Of a stretch of DNA of 31,538 nucleotides, positions 19,159 through 26,635 are shown one piece after another. The notes under the pieces are model-generated. The model worked only from the letters and a program-made list of their open reading frames with translations, did not search any database and had not been told where the DNA came from. Source of the DNA: Candidatus Zixiibacteriota bacterium (lineage in GTDB: Bacteria > RBG-13-66-14 > B26-G2 > WVWN01); assembly GCA_050117845.1 (NCBI GenBank), contig JASFLY010000030.1, positions 1-31,538 on the forward strand, read 5' to 3'. A program made the position numbers and the translations under genes. Within the stretch, counting starts at the first letter, position 1. Every line of letters begins with the position of its first letter.

Positions 19159-19311
19159 ATGCCGTTTTTCATATCGTTTATCGTAGCCGGGGCCGTGAGC
19201 GGCGGGATAATCGCTTTCGCGCTCGACATGCGGTCGCCGAAGCAGTTGTTGCAGGGAGCCTTGGGCGGCCTTATTACGGGCCTTTTAATCGCGCTGCTCT
19301 TGCCGCGCTAA
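19159..19311 (+). CDS. 50-aa two-helix membrane protein, not in the ORF track, homologous to the C-terminal hairpin of the 9966-11636 protein
   Basis: GGAGG RBS 8 nt upstream; MPFFISFIVAGAVSGGIIAFALDMRSPKQLLQGALGGLITGLLIALLLPR; 19/47 ungapped identity to the transporter tail. Confidence 0.85.
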   Translation: MPFFISFIVAGAVSGGIIAFALDMRSPKQLLQGALGGLITGLLIALLLPR

Positions 19312-19336
19312 AGGGGCCGCCCGCCCCAATTAACGG

Positions 19337-19365
19337 TTGCCATGACCGCCGGATTGATTTAAAAT
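19337..19365 (+). promoter_or_regulatory. sigma70 promoter of the Fe-S/cytochrome cluster
   Basis: TTGCCA-N17-TAAAAT. Confidence 0.7.
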
Positions 19366-19382
19366 AATCGACAATTATTATT

Positions 19383-19964
19383 ATGCCCGGAGACGACAAG
19401 GAAGAAAAGCGGTCCCGCGTGAAGTGGTTCCCCCGCTCCCGCGACGAGGATAAACCCGCGGCCTATCCCGGGATCCACCGCTACGCCCCCTTCACCAACC
19501 TGAGGGACCGCATGACCACGCCGGCGCTCAACCGCGCGGTCATGGTGGGCATCGGCGCCGCGGTGGCGCTCGACGTCCTGCGGCCCATCGCCCTCGGGAT
19601 GTGGGACGCGGCGTACTGCTACGAGTGCCGGGCCTGCTACGCCACGCAGGAAAACTGCCCCGCCTCCATTACTTTCCAGGCCGAACTCACCGTCGCGTGC
19701 CGCACGATGGACTACCGCCGTTTCATAAACAACCGCGGCCTTTTGTGCCTGCGCTGCGGCAACTGTGACGGCTTCTGCGTCCAGCACCTGAACCTGGCCG
19801 AGCTCTACGGGAAGATGGGCGTCGCCACCGTCAAGGCCATGTACGACGGGAAGATCCCGTTCGACGTCGTGGAGCACGCTTTGCGGAACGGTCTCGTGGG
19901 CCGGCAATACATCGACGACTTCTACGAGTGGTACCGGAGCAACGGGGGGCGGGTCCTTGGCTAG
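19383..19964 (+). CDS. Membrane-associated 2x[4Fe-4S] protein (HdrC-like helical ferredoxin)
   Basis: A hydrophobic segment, then CYECRAC-x6-CP and CLRCGNCDGFC. Confidence 0.8.
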   Translation: MPGDDKEEKRSRVKWFPRSRDEDKPAAYPGIHRYAPFTNLRDRMTTPALNRAVMVGIGAAVALDVLRPIALGMWDAAYCYECRACYATQENCPASITFQAELTVACRTMDYRRFINNRGLLCLRCGNCDGFCVQHLNLAELYGKMGVATVKAMYDGKIPFDVVEHALRNGLVGRQYIDDFYEWYRSNGGRVLG

Positions 19965-20931
19965 GTTCAACTGGTCATACACGAACCGTTGGCTCCGCCT
20001 AACGTTCCTCCTCGCGGTCGTGGGGTTGGTCTTCACCGGGGGCCGCCTTCTGGCGTTCGGCCTCCTGTTCGGCGGCTTCGTCGTATGGGCGGTGAAGCGC
20101 TGGCGCGCCGGCCGGCGCGGCATGGCGTTCGCGCTCGCCGGCGTGCTGGTGGTGGGAACGGGCCTGTTCGGCTTCGCATCCTTCGAGGTATGGAGTATGC
20201 GGGACTGGCGGGCCAAACACTTCAACGACGTCGTCCTCCTCGCCGAAGACGGCACGTACGAGGGCGAGGGGCGCGGGAAACGCGGGCCGGTGCACGTCGA
20301 GGTTACGGTCCGCGACCATAAAGTCGAGGACTTCGAGGTCGTGGAGTTCAACGACACCATCCCCATCGCGCTCGGCGCGGCGGAGGAGCTGCGCGAGCGG
20401 ATGCTGGGCCGCACCGACCTCGACGTGGACGCGATAACCGGCGCCACCATAATATCGTACGGTGCGATTAACGCCGCCCGTGACGCTACCTGGAAGGGCG
20501 TGGCCGAGGCGCCGCGAATATCGACGCTCACCAAAATCGTGCTCTGGTGCACGAGCTTGAACTTCCGCACCGTAACGGTGCACTCGCTCGCGGTGCTGTT
20601 CATCGTCGTTCTGTTGTTCGATTATACGATCCAGGCCGCGCTGGTTGAGGGGACCGGCCAATCCCTCAACTGCATGGATTGCCAGACCTGCGTGGGGGCG
20701 TGCCCGGTGAAGCGGGTGGAGGGCAAGCTCTTCCCGATGGAGATGGTTCTGCGGGCCCGGCTGGGGGACTACGAGACCGTGGCCCGGCTCATGGAATACT
20801 GCGTGGGCTGTTCCAAGTGCGCCGCCAAGTGCCCGGCCGGGATAAGCGCGCCGAGCGTCGCGGCGGCGGTAGCCCATTACTTGCGCAAACAGAAACGCGC
20901 GGAAGCGGAGTTTTTCGAGGACCGGGTTTAG
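19957..20931 (+). CDS. Membrane protein with FMN-binding (flavinylation) domain and C-terminal 2x[4Fe-4S] domain
   Basis: TM helices; 'DGTYEGEGRG...VEVTV...DAITGATIIS' FMN_bind domain; TM; CMDCQTCVGACP and CVGCSKCAAKCP. TTG start overlaps the upstream gene. Confidence 0.88.
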   Translation: MARFNWSYTNRWLRLTFLLAVVGLVFTGGRLLAFGLLFGGFVVWAVKRWRAGRRGMAFALAGVLVVGTGLFGFASFEVWSMRDWRAKHFNDVVLLAEDGTYEGEGRGKRGPVHVEVTVRDHKVEDFEVVEFNDTIPIALGAAEELRERMLGRTDLDVDAITGATIISYGAINAARDATWKGVAEAPRISTLTKIVLWCTSLNFRTVTVHSLAVLFIVVLLFDYTIQAALVEGTGQSLNCMDCQTCVGACPVKRVEGKLFPMEMVLRARLGDYETVARLMEYCVGCSKCAAKCPAGISAPSVAAAVAHYLRKQKRAEAEFFEDRV

Positions 20932-20978
20932 TTTAAACCCGATTCAAGGGCGAGAGGTTAAAACACGGGGGAAGCGTC

Positions 20979-21941
20979 ATGCGGTATGTCGTACCGCTGG
21001 CAGTGTGCGTGCTTGCGTTCGCGGTCCTCGCGGCGTGGGGAGAGTTCGTCTACGAAGGGGAATGGGGAACCTTCGGGCCGGGTCCCTGCCGGTTGGATCA
21101 GCCCTTCGGGATGGACGTGACGCCGGAAGGCCGGGTGTACGTGACGGAGTGGGAGAGCCACCGCATCCAGTACTTCAACACCGCGGGGAGTCATCTCGGG
21201 ATGTGGGGGCGCAAGGGTTCGGGCAACGGCGAATTCCGCCGGCCCTGGGGAGTGGCGGCCTACGGCCGGTTCGTCTTCGTAACCGAAACAAATAATTTCC
21301 GCGTCCAATGTTTTACGCGTGACGGGAGTTTCGTACGGAAGTGGGGCCGCGAGGGGACGGGGGACGGCGAGTTCAATTATCCGCGCGGGATAGCGATTTC
21401 GCCCGACGGCCGGATATACGTGGCCGATTGCTTCAACGACCGAATTCAGTATTTCACGCCCGAGGGTTCGTTTTTGGGGAAATGGGGTTCGTACGGCGGC
21501 GGCGACGGCCAGTTGGATAAGCCCCGGGGCCTCGCTATCGGCCCCTCCGGTACGGTGTACGTCGCCGACAAGCACAATGACCGGATCCAGTTCTTTTCGG
21601 CGGACGGCGTATTTCTGGGCAAGTGGGGGACGCGCGGGGAAGGGGACGGCGAGTTCGTCGGGCCGCGAGCGCTCGCGATTACGACCGACGGCCGGGTTTT
21701 CGTAACGGACGAATACTGCAACCGCATTCAGTATTTTACGCTTCGCGGGAAATTTCTGGGGAAATGGGGTTGCGGGGGAACGGGACCCGGGGAGTTTCAC
21801 TTCCCGGCGGAATGCGCGTTCGGCCCGAACGGCAGGTTCTTCGTCGTGGACGAGCGTAATTCCCGCATCCAGCGTTTCCGGGAATCGAGGCCGGGCGTGG
21901 AACCGGCGTCTCTGGGGCGCGTGAAGGCACTATTCCGGTGA
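20979..21941 (+). CDS. Secreted NHL-repeat (6-bladed beta-propeller) protein with C-terminal VEPASLGRVKALFR motif
   Basis: Signal peptide; six repeats of WG-x-x-G-x-G-x-G-(E/Q)-F-x-x-P...RIQ-x-F. Confidence 0.9.
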   Translation: MRYVVPLAVCVLAFAVLAAWGEFVYEGEWGTFGPGPCRLDQPFGMDVTPEGRVYVTEWESHRIQYFNTAGSHLGMWGRKGSGNGEFRRPWGVAAYGRFVFVTETNNFRVQCFTRDGSFVRKWGREGTGDGEFNYPRGIAISPDGRIYVADCFNDRIQYFTPEGSFLGKWGSYGGGDGQLDKPRGLAIGPSGTVYVADKHNDRIQFFSADGVFLGKWGTRGEGDGEFVGPRALAITTDGRVFVTDEYCNRIQYFTLRGKFLGKWGCGGTGPGEFHFPAECAFGPNGRFFVVDERNSRIQRFRESRPGVEPASLGRVKALFR

Positions 21942-21942
21942 C

Positions 21943-22716
21943 ATGGCGTTTACGGTTAAAATAAAGAAGGGTCATATAATACTGGCGCTGGGCGCCGTCG
22001 TCTTCGCGGCGGTCGGCTTCGCCGGCTTGGAGTTCTCCAGTACGAACACCTTCTGTTACCTGTGTCACTTCGACCAGCGCTTCCAGGACCCCTGGCGCGC
22101 GTCCGCCCACTTCGAGGAGGGCGTCGGCTGCAAGGATTGCCACATCGGCCCCGGCGTCTTCGGCCTGGTGGACGCGAAGTGGCTCGGCGTCAAGGACGCC
22201 GTCGTCGCGACGACCACCGCCGAGGACTTCAACAACCGCGAGATCTACACCCGGGCCAAGGAAGAGAAGTGCACGAAGTGCCACAACGCGTACAAACGCG
22301 TTAACGTCGTCGCCGGGGACGATCTCCCGGAGGGCATGAGGGGCGAGGTGGACGCGCTGGCTTTCGACCACCACCACCACGACCAGGTGCGGGAAGTATG
22401 CGCCCAGTGCCACACCGCCGAAACCTTCTTCGTGAGCCGGGACTACATGACCTGCGACTCCTGTCACGCCGGCCTGGTGCACGAGCCCAATTTGAAGTAC
22501 GACCGGGCCGTACCCCGGTCCGACACGTGCAGCCGCTGCCACACCGGCCGCATGCACGTGTGGGGCGACCGGGCCGAGGGCCTGACCGACGAGGGCGTCT
22601 TCTTCTACAACGACTGCCCGGCCAACGAGACGACGATACGCGACGGCGTTATCCCGCCGTCTGCCAATTGCGAACGTTGTCACCCGCCGCTCACTACCGG
22701 CGGCGACGCAAGGTGA
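21943..22716 (+). CDS. Membrane-anchored NapC/NirT/NrfH-like multiheme cytochrome c (7 CxxCH)
   Basis: N-terminal TM, 'SSTNTFCYLCH...W-x-x-S-x-H...GVGCKDCH'; heme motifs CYLCH, CKDCH, CTKCH, CAQCH, CDSCH, CSRCH, CERCH. Confidence 0.9.
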   Translation: MAFTVKIKKGHIILALGAVVFAAVGFAGLEFSSTNTFCYLCHFDQRFQDPWRASAHFEEGVGCKDCHIGPGVFGLVDAKWLGVKDAVVATTTAEDFNNREIYTRAKEEKCTKCHNAYKRVNVVAGDDLPEGMRGEVDALAFDHHHHDQVREVCAQCHTAETFFVSRDYMTCDSCHAGLVHEPNLKYDRAVPRSDTCSRCHTGRMHVWGDRAEGLTDEGVFFYNDCPANETTIRDGVIPPSANCERCHPPLTTGGDAR

Positions 22717-22723
22717 GGTACGT

Positions 22724-23194
22724 ATGTCTCCTTACTTCAACTACGAGCCGCCCCCGTACCGCGCGACGCTGGACGTCATACTGGACGAGAAGTTCCCGCC
22801 GGTGGCGCGGTGCCGCCTTCTCTCGGAGGGCCTGAAGCCCTACCACCGGCTTTCGCTGGTCGAGGTCGACGTGGCCGGCGACAAGGGATGTCTGGGTTGC
22901 GGGAATTGCGTCGACTCCTGCCCCATAATAAGGCGAGAGCCCGAGCGCTTGGTGAAGACCGAACAGCGGACGTCGATGGCGCTGGAGTCGATCGTGGGCG
23001 AGGACTGCGAACAGTGCTACGCGTGCGTCCTTGGTTGCCCCCAGGTGGAGACCAATCTGAAGGACTTCGTCGTCGATACGCGCGTCCCGGAGGTCATTGG
23101 GCCGTCGAAGTCGATGACCTTTCTGGATAAATATTTAATGGCCGTGGTGGCGATGGCCATCGGCGTTTTACTCGGCCTGTTTTTAAGGACGTAA
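22724..23194 (+). CDS. 2x[4Fe-4S] ferredoxin-like protein with C-terminal membrane anchor
   Basis: CLGCGNCVDSCP, CEQCYACVLGCP; C-terminal TM 'YLMAVVAMAIGVLLGLFL'. Confidence 0.88.
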   Translation: MSPYFNYEPPPYRATLDVILDEKFPPVARCRLLSEGLKPYHRLSLVEVDVAGDKGCLGCGNCVDSCPIIRREPERLVKTEQRTSMALESIVGEDCEQCYACVLGCPQVETNLKDFVVDTRVPEVIGPSKSMTFLDKYLMAVVAMAIGVLLGLFLRT

Positions 23195-23241
23195 AATAAG
23201 CCACTCCCGGGCGACGAGGTTTTAGCCGAGGAGGATTACCG

Positions 23242-23925
23242 GTGGAAGAGGTCGAAAAGGTAACTATAAGCATTATGGGGCGGGAGTACCACGTTCCCGC
23301 CGGCCTAACGATTCTGCAAGCGATGGAGTTCTCCGGGTACCGCCTGGAGCGCGGCGTCGGCTGTCGCGGCGGCGTGTGCGGCGCCTGTTCGGCGACCTAC
23401 CGCGTCCGCGGTGATTACCACCTTAAGTCCGGCCTCGCGTGCCAGACCGTCGTCGAGGACGGCATGGAGCTGACGCAACTGCCGTTCTTCCCGGCGAACA
23501 AGGCCCTATACGATGTCGAAGCGATTGTCCCCGACGAGGGGACGCTCCGGGAGTATTACCCGGAACTCGCTCGCTGCATGGGGTGCAATTCCTGTACTCT
23601 CATCTGTCCTCAAAATCTCGAGGTCATGGAGTATATGTCCGCGGCTCTGCGGGGCGAGATCGCGAAGGTGGCCGAACTGTCGTTCGAGTGCATCCTCTGC
23701 CGCCTCTGCGTGACGCGCTGCCCGGCCGACGAGGTCCAGCCTTTCGTCGCCATTCTGGCCCGGCGCATCTACGGCCGCCACCTCGCGCCCCCCTCTCCGC
23801 ACCTCGCCCGGCGCGTGACCGAGATAGAAGAGGGCAAGTTCGACGCCGGCATCGCCGACATGAAGACCAAAACCACCGACCAACTCAAAGAGATGTACAA
23901 AGCTCGCGAAATAGAGCCGCAGTAA
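23242..23925 (+). CDS. [2Fe-2S] + 2x[4Fe-4S] protein, succinate dehydrogenase/fumarate reductase Fe-S subunit-like
   Basis: GCRGGVCGAC...LACQT, CMGCNSCTLICP, CILCRLCVTRCP; GAGGAGG RBS before the GTG. Confidence 0.85.
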   Translation: MEEVEKVTISIMGREYHVPAGLTILQAMEFSGYRLERGVGCRGGVCGACSATYRVRGDYHLKSGLACQTVVEDGMELTQLPFFPANKALYDVEAIVPDEGTLREYYPELARCMGCNSCTLICPQNLEVMEYMSAALRGEIAKVAELSFECILCRLCVTRCPADEVQPFVAILARRIYGRHLAPPSPHLARRVTEIEEGKFDAGIADMKTKTTDQLKEMYKAREIEPQ

Positions 23926-24782
23926 TGAAAAAAATAACCCTAATCGCTATCGTCGTCGCCGCGGCCCTGACGCCCGCGTACGCCACCCACGGCATCCTCC
24001 TCGTGTCCGACCAGGTGGACGGCGTCGAGAACCCGCAGGAGTACGACAGCTTCTACATCAACGCCCTCCGCGACGCCGGGTACACCTACACCTTATGGGA
24101 CCACTACACGCAGGGCGAGCCCGGTTTCGAGGTCCTCCGCAAATATAAAACCGTCATCTGGTTCACGTCCACCTCCGGCGCGGCGCCAGCTTCCGACCCC
24201 CTCCACGGCTCCATCACGCTAACCCCTTCCGAACAGAAGTCGCTCGTCCGTTTTCTGAGTCAGACTCCGGGGACGACGACGCTCATGCTTTCGGGGATGT
24301 ACATCGCCTGGAACTGCGTGGCCGACGCCGAGAACGAGCGCCAGCTGTACAAGCCGCTCTTCTCCGACTACCTGAAGCTCGACTATCCGCAAGACAACTT
24401 CGACAACTGGATCAAGGTGGACGACGACTGGGTCCTCGAGGGCGAGGCCGGGAGTCCCTTCAACGGCCAGAGCTACGACGTCAACTGGCGGCACCACAAG
24501 AACTGGCCCGACCAGCTCGAACCCGCCGCGGGTGCTTCCGGCGCGGCCTGGTGGCGCGACGACGAGGGCCACCGGCACCATCGCGGCGTCCTCCGCGCTT
24601 CGGGCGCGAAAGCCGGCGGCGGTACATACAAAATAATTCTTTTCTCGTGTCCCTTCGAAAACATCCTCCACGACGGCATGCGCGCCGAGGTCATGGCGAA
24701 TTTTCTTGCCTGGGCCGAACCCGAGGGCGAAAATTCCGTCGAACCCGCCAGCCTCGGACGCATAAAATCCCTTTACCGATAA
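23925..24782 (+). CDS. Secreted alpha/beta-domain protein with C-terminal VEPASLGRIKSLYR motif (285 aa)
   Basis: Start is ATG 23925 (TAATG overlap); signal peptide MKKITLIAIVVAAALTPAYA; 'ILLVSD...ALRDAGYTYTLWD...YKTVIWFT' pattern. Confidence 0.85.
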   Translation: MKKITLIAIVVAAALTPAYATHGILLVSDQVDGVENPQEYDSFYINALRDAGYTYTLWDHYTQGEPGFEVLRKYKTVIWFTSTSGAAPASDPLHGSITLTPSEQKSLVRFLSQTPGTTTLMLSGMYIAWNCVADAENERQLYKPLFSDYLKLDYPQDNFDNWIKVDDDWVLEGEAGSPFNGQSYDVNWRHHKNWPDQLEPAAGASGAAWWRDDEGHRHHRGVLRASGAKAGGGTYKIILFSCPFENILHDGMRAEVMANFLAWAEPEGENSVEPASLGRIKSLYR

Positions 24783-24806
24783 TCCCCCGACGAGTCGAGG
24801 TTTTAT

Positions 24807-25466
24807 ATGAACCTGTTCGACGCGATTATTGAACCTATCGGCGCCTGGGTCATGAACGTCATTTCGACGCTCGGCTACGCCGGCGTCGTCTTGTGCATGG
24901 CGATAGAGAGCGCCTGTATTCCCCTCCCCTCCGAGATTATAATGCCCTTCTCGGGGAGCCTCGTGGCCACGGGGCAATTCAACCTGTGGCTCGTCGGCCT
25001 CGCCGGGGCTTTCGGGTGTCTCGTCGGCTCGGTGGTAGCGTACGCCGCCGGGTACTACGGCGGCCGGCCCTTCATCGAACGCTGGGGGAAATGGATCCTC
25101 CTGTCCGAACGCGAGTTGGCGTGGGCCGATAAGTTGTTCAATAAATACGGCTCGGCGACCGTTTTCATCACGCGACTGCTGCCCGTCGTCCGGACCTTCA
25201 TCAGCCTCCCCGCGGGCATCGCCCGAATGCACTTCGGCAAGTTTTGCCTGTACACCTTCGTCGGCTCCTTTCCCTGGTGCCTCGGCCTGGCGTACGTCGG
25301 CCAGATTATGGGCGAGCGCTGGCGGGAGCTCCGGCACTACTTCCACAAGTTCGACCTGGTCATCGGCATCGTAATCCTCCTGGCCGTGATCGCGTGGCTT
25401 TACCTGCACATCTCGCACATCCGCAAGCGTAAGAAGAAAGCCGCCGCTTCTGGTGAAGAGGCGTAA
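24807..25466 (+). CDS. DedA family membrane protein
   Basis: ESACIPLPSE, GYYGGRP, RLLPVVRTFISLPAG motifs. Confidence 0.93.
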   Translation: MNLFDAIIEPIGAWVMNVISTLGYAGVVLCMAIESACIPLPSEIIMPFSGSLVATGQFNLWLVGLAGAFGCLVGSVVAYAAGYYGGRPFIERWGKWILLSERELAWADKLFNKYGSATVFITRLLPVVRTFISLPAGIARMHFGKFCLYTFVGSFPWCLGLAYVGQIMGERWRELRHYFHKFDLVIGIVILLAVIAWLYLHISHIRKRKKKAAASGEEA

Positions 25467-25591
25467 GGTGCGTCCCGAACAAGCCCATATATACCTGGGT
25501 GTAACCGGCTCCGGGAGTCGAGGCGGTGGTTCGTCCGGCTGGCGAGAATATGACGTCGCCGGCCCCCGGAGGGCCGCGGTCGGGAGTACGG

Positions 25592-25617
25592 GCGGCCTTA
25601 AGGCCGCTTTATAATTT
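25592..25617. terminator. Palindrome / possible terminator
   Basis: Perfect 16-bp palindrome GCGGCCTTAAGGCCGC followed by TTTATAATTT. Confidence 0.4.
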
Positions 25618-26631
25618 ATGTCTACCAATACCATATGGTTTCGGGCGGACGGCAGCCCGCGCATCGGCCTGGGCCACGTCGGCCGCCTGATTGCGCTGGC
25701 GGAGGAGGCGCGGCGCCGAGGCCGGGAGTGCCGCTTCGTCCTGAACGACGACCCGGCCGCCCGGTCTTTCGCCCGGGGACGGGGTTTCGACCGCATCGAC
25801 GTCGCTCCGCTTTCCGTCGAAGAGGAGGTCGCGTTCCTGGCGGGCGCGGTCGGCGAATCGTCCCTCGTGACCGATTTGCGCGCCAAGGACCCGGCTTTCT
25901 ACCGTCTCCTCCGGGAGGCCGACGTATGGACCTGCGCCCTGGACGATATGGGGGAGCCGCTCGTTTCGCACGTCGTCGTCAACGGCGATATGGCGGCGTC
26001 GTTCGCCCGTTACGAGGAGCTCTGGCCGCCCCAGCGGTTCCTGTTGGGGACCGAGTACATCCCTTTGCCGTCCGCCTACGCCGAAGAGCCCCCCTCCGCG
26101 GCCGACCCCGGCCGTGACCGCTTGCTAATTACCTTCGGCGGTTCCGACGAGGCCGACTTCACGCGGCACGCGCTCGAGGCCCTGGCCGCCGTCGAGCCGC
26201 TGGACGTGGATTTGGCCCTCGGCCCCGCGTACCCGTACGTCGACGCCGCCCGGGAAATGGCCGCCCGCAGTCCCCACCGTGTCGACGTGTACGCGCCGGC
26301 CTGGGACATGCTGCCCCTTTACCGCCGGGCGCGCGTCGCCCTCGCCGCCGGCGGCATCACCCAGTTCGAACTGCTGTCTTCCGGCGTTCCCACTATCTCG
26401 GTACCCCACGTCGCACGGGAAGAGGCGGAGTGCGCCGCGTTCGCCGCGGCAGGAGCCGCCCTCACCTTTCCGGAGGAGGAACTCCGGCCCGGCGGCGCCG
26501 TCGTCTCGGAACTCGCGGCGTTGTGGCACGACGAAGGCCGGAGGGTGAAACTCGCCGAGGCCGGCCGGACCCTCATCGACGGCCGCGGGGCCCGCCGTGT
26601 TATGGACGTAATCGACGAATTGGCCGGGTAA
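25618..26631 (+). CDS. PseG/SpsG-like nucleotide-sugar hydrolase / GT28-like protein
   Basis: 'FRADGSPRIGLGHVGR', 'LITFGGSD', 'AAGGIT-x-x-E', 'IDGRGARRV'. Confidence 0.85.
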   Translation: MSTNTIWFRADGSPRIGLGHVGRLIALAEEARRRGRECRFVLNDDPAARSFARGRGFDRIDVAPLSVEEEVAFLAGAVGESSLVTDLRAKDPAFYRLLREADVWTCALDDMGEPLVSHVVVNGDMAASFARYEELWPPQRFLLGTEYIPLPSAYAEEPPSAADPGRDRLLITFGGSDEADFTRHALEALAAVEPLDVDLALGPAYPYVDAAREMAARSPHRVDVYAPAWDMLPLYRRARVALAAGGITQFELLSSGVPTISVPHVAREEAECAAFAAAGAALTFPEEELRPGGAVVSELAALWHDEGRRVKLAEAGRTLIDGRGARRVMDVIDELAG

Positions 26632-26635
26632 CGCC

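Noticed and set aside
19159..19311. RiPP precursor for the B12 radical SAM enzyme
   Set aside because: It is a hydrophobic two-helix protein matching the transporter tail, and no RRE, peptidase or exporter is nearby.
19354..19367. FNR/CRP box over the redox-cluster promoter (TTGAT-ttaa-AATAA)
   Set aside because: The second half-site matches ATCAA poorly and the AT-richness is explained by the -10 element. An operator is not excluded but is unsupported.
19957..19964. Programmed frameshift fusing the two Fe-S membrane genes
   Set aside because: No clear slippery heptamer; an 8-nt overlap with a TTG start is adequately explained by translational coupling.
21939..22716. Selenocysteine read-through at TGA stops in the redox cluster
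   Set aside because: The TGAs fall at natural protein ends (after the shared C-terminal motif, and after the last heme). The next genes are in other frames and no Cys motif is interrupted.
23439..23924. N-terminal extension of the 447-aa ORF in the track
   Set aside because: It overlaps the Fe-S gene in another frame; a clear signal peptide begins at ATG 23925.
25468..25590. 6S RNA, twister or glmS ribozyme, FMN riboswitch, or tRNA-Sec
   Set aside because: Only short fragments resemble these families; the conserved cores and overall architectures are missing.
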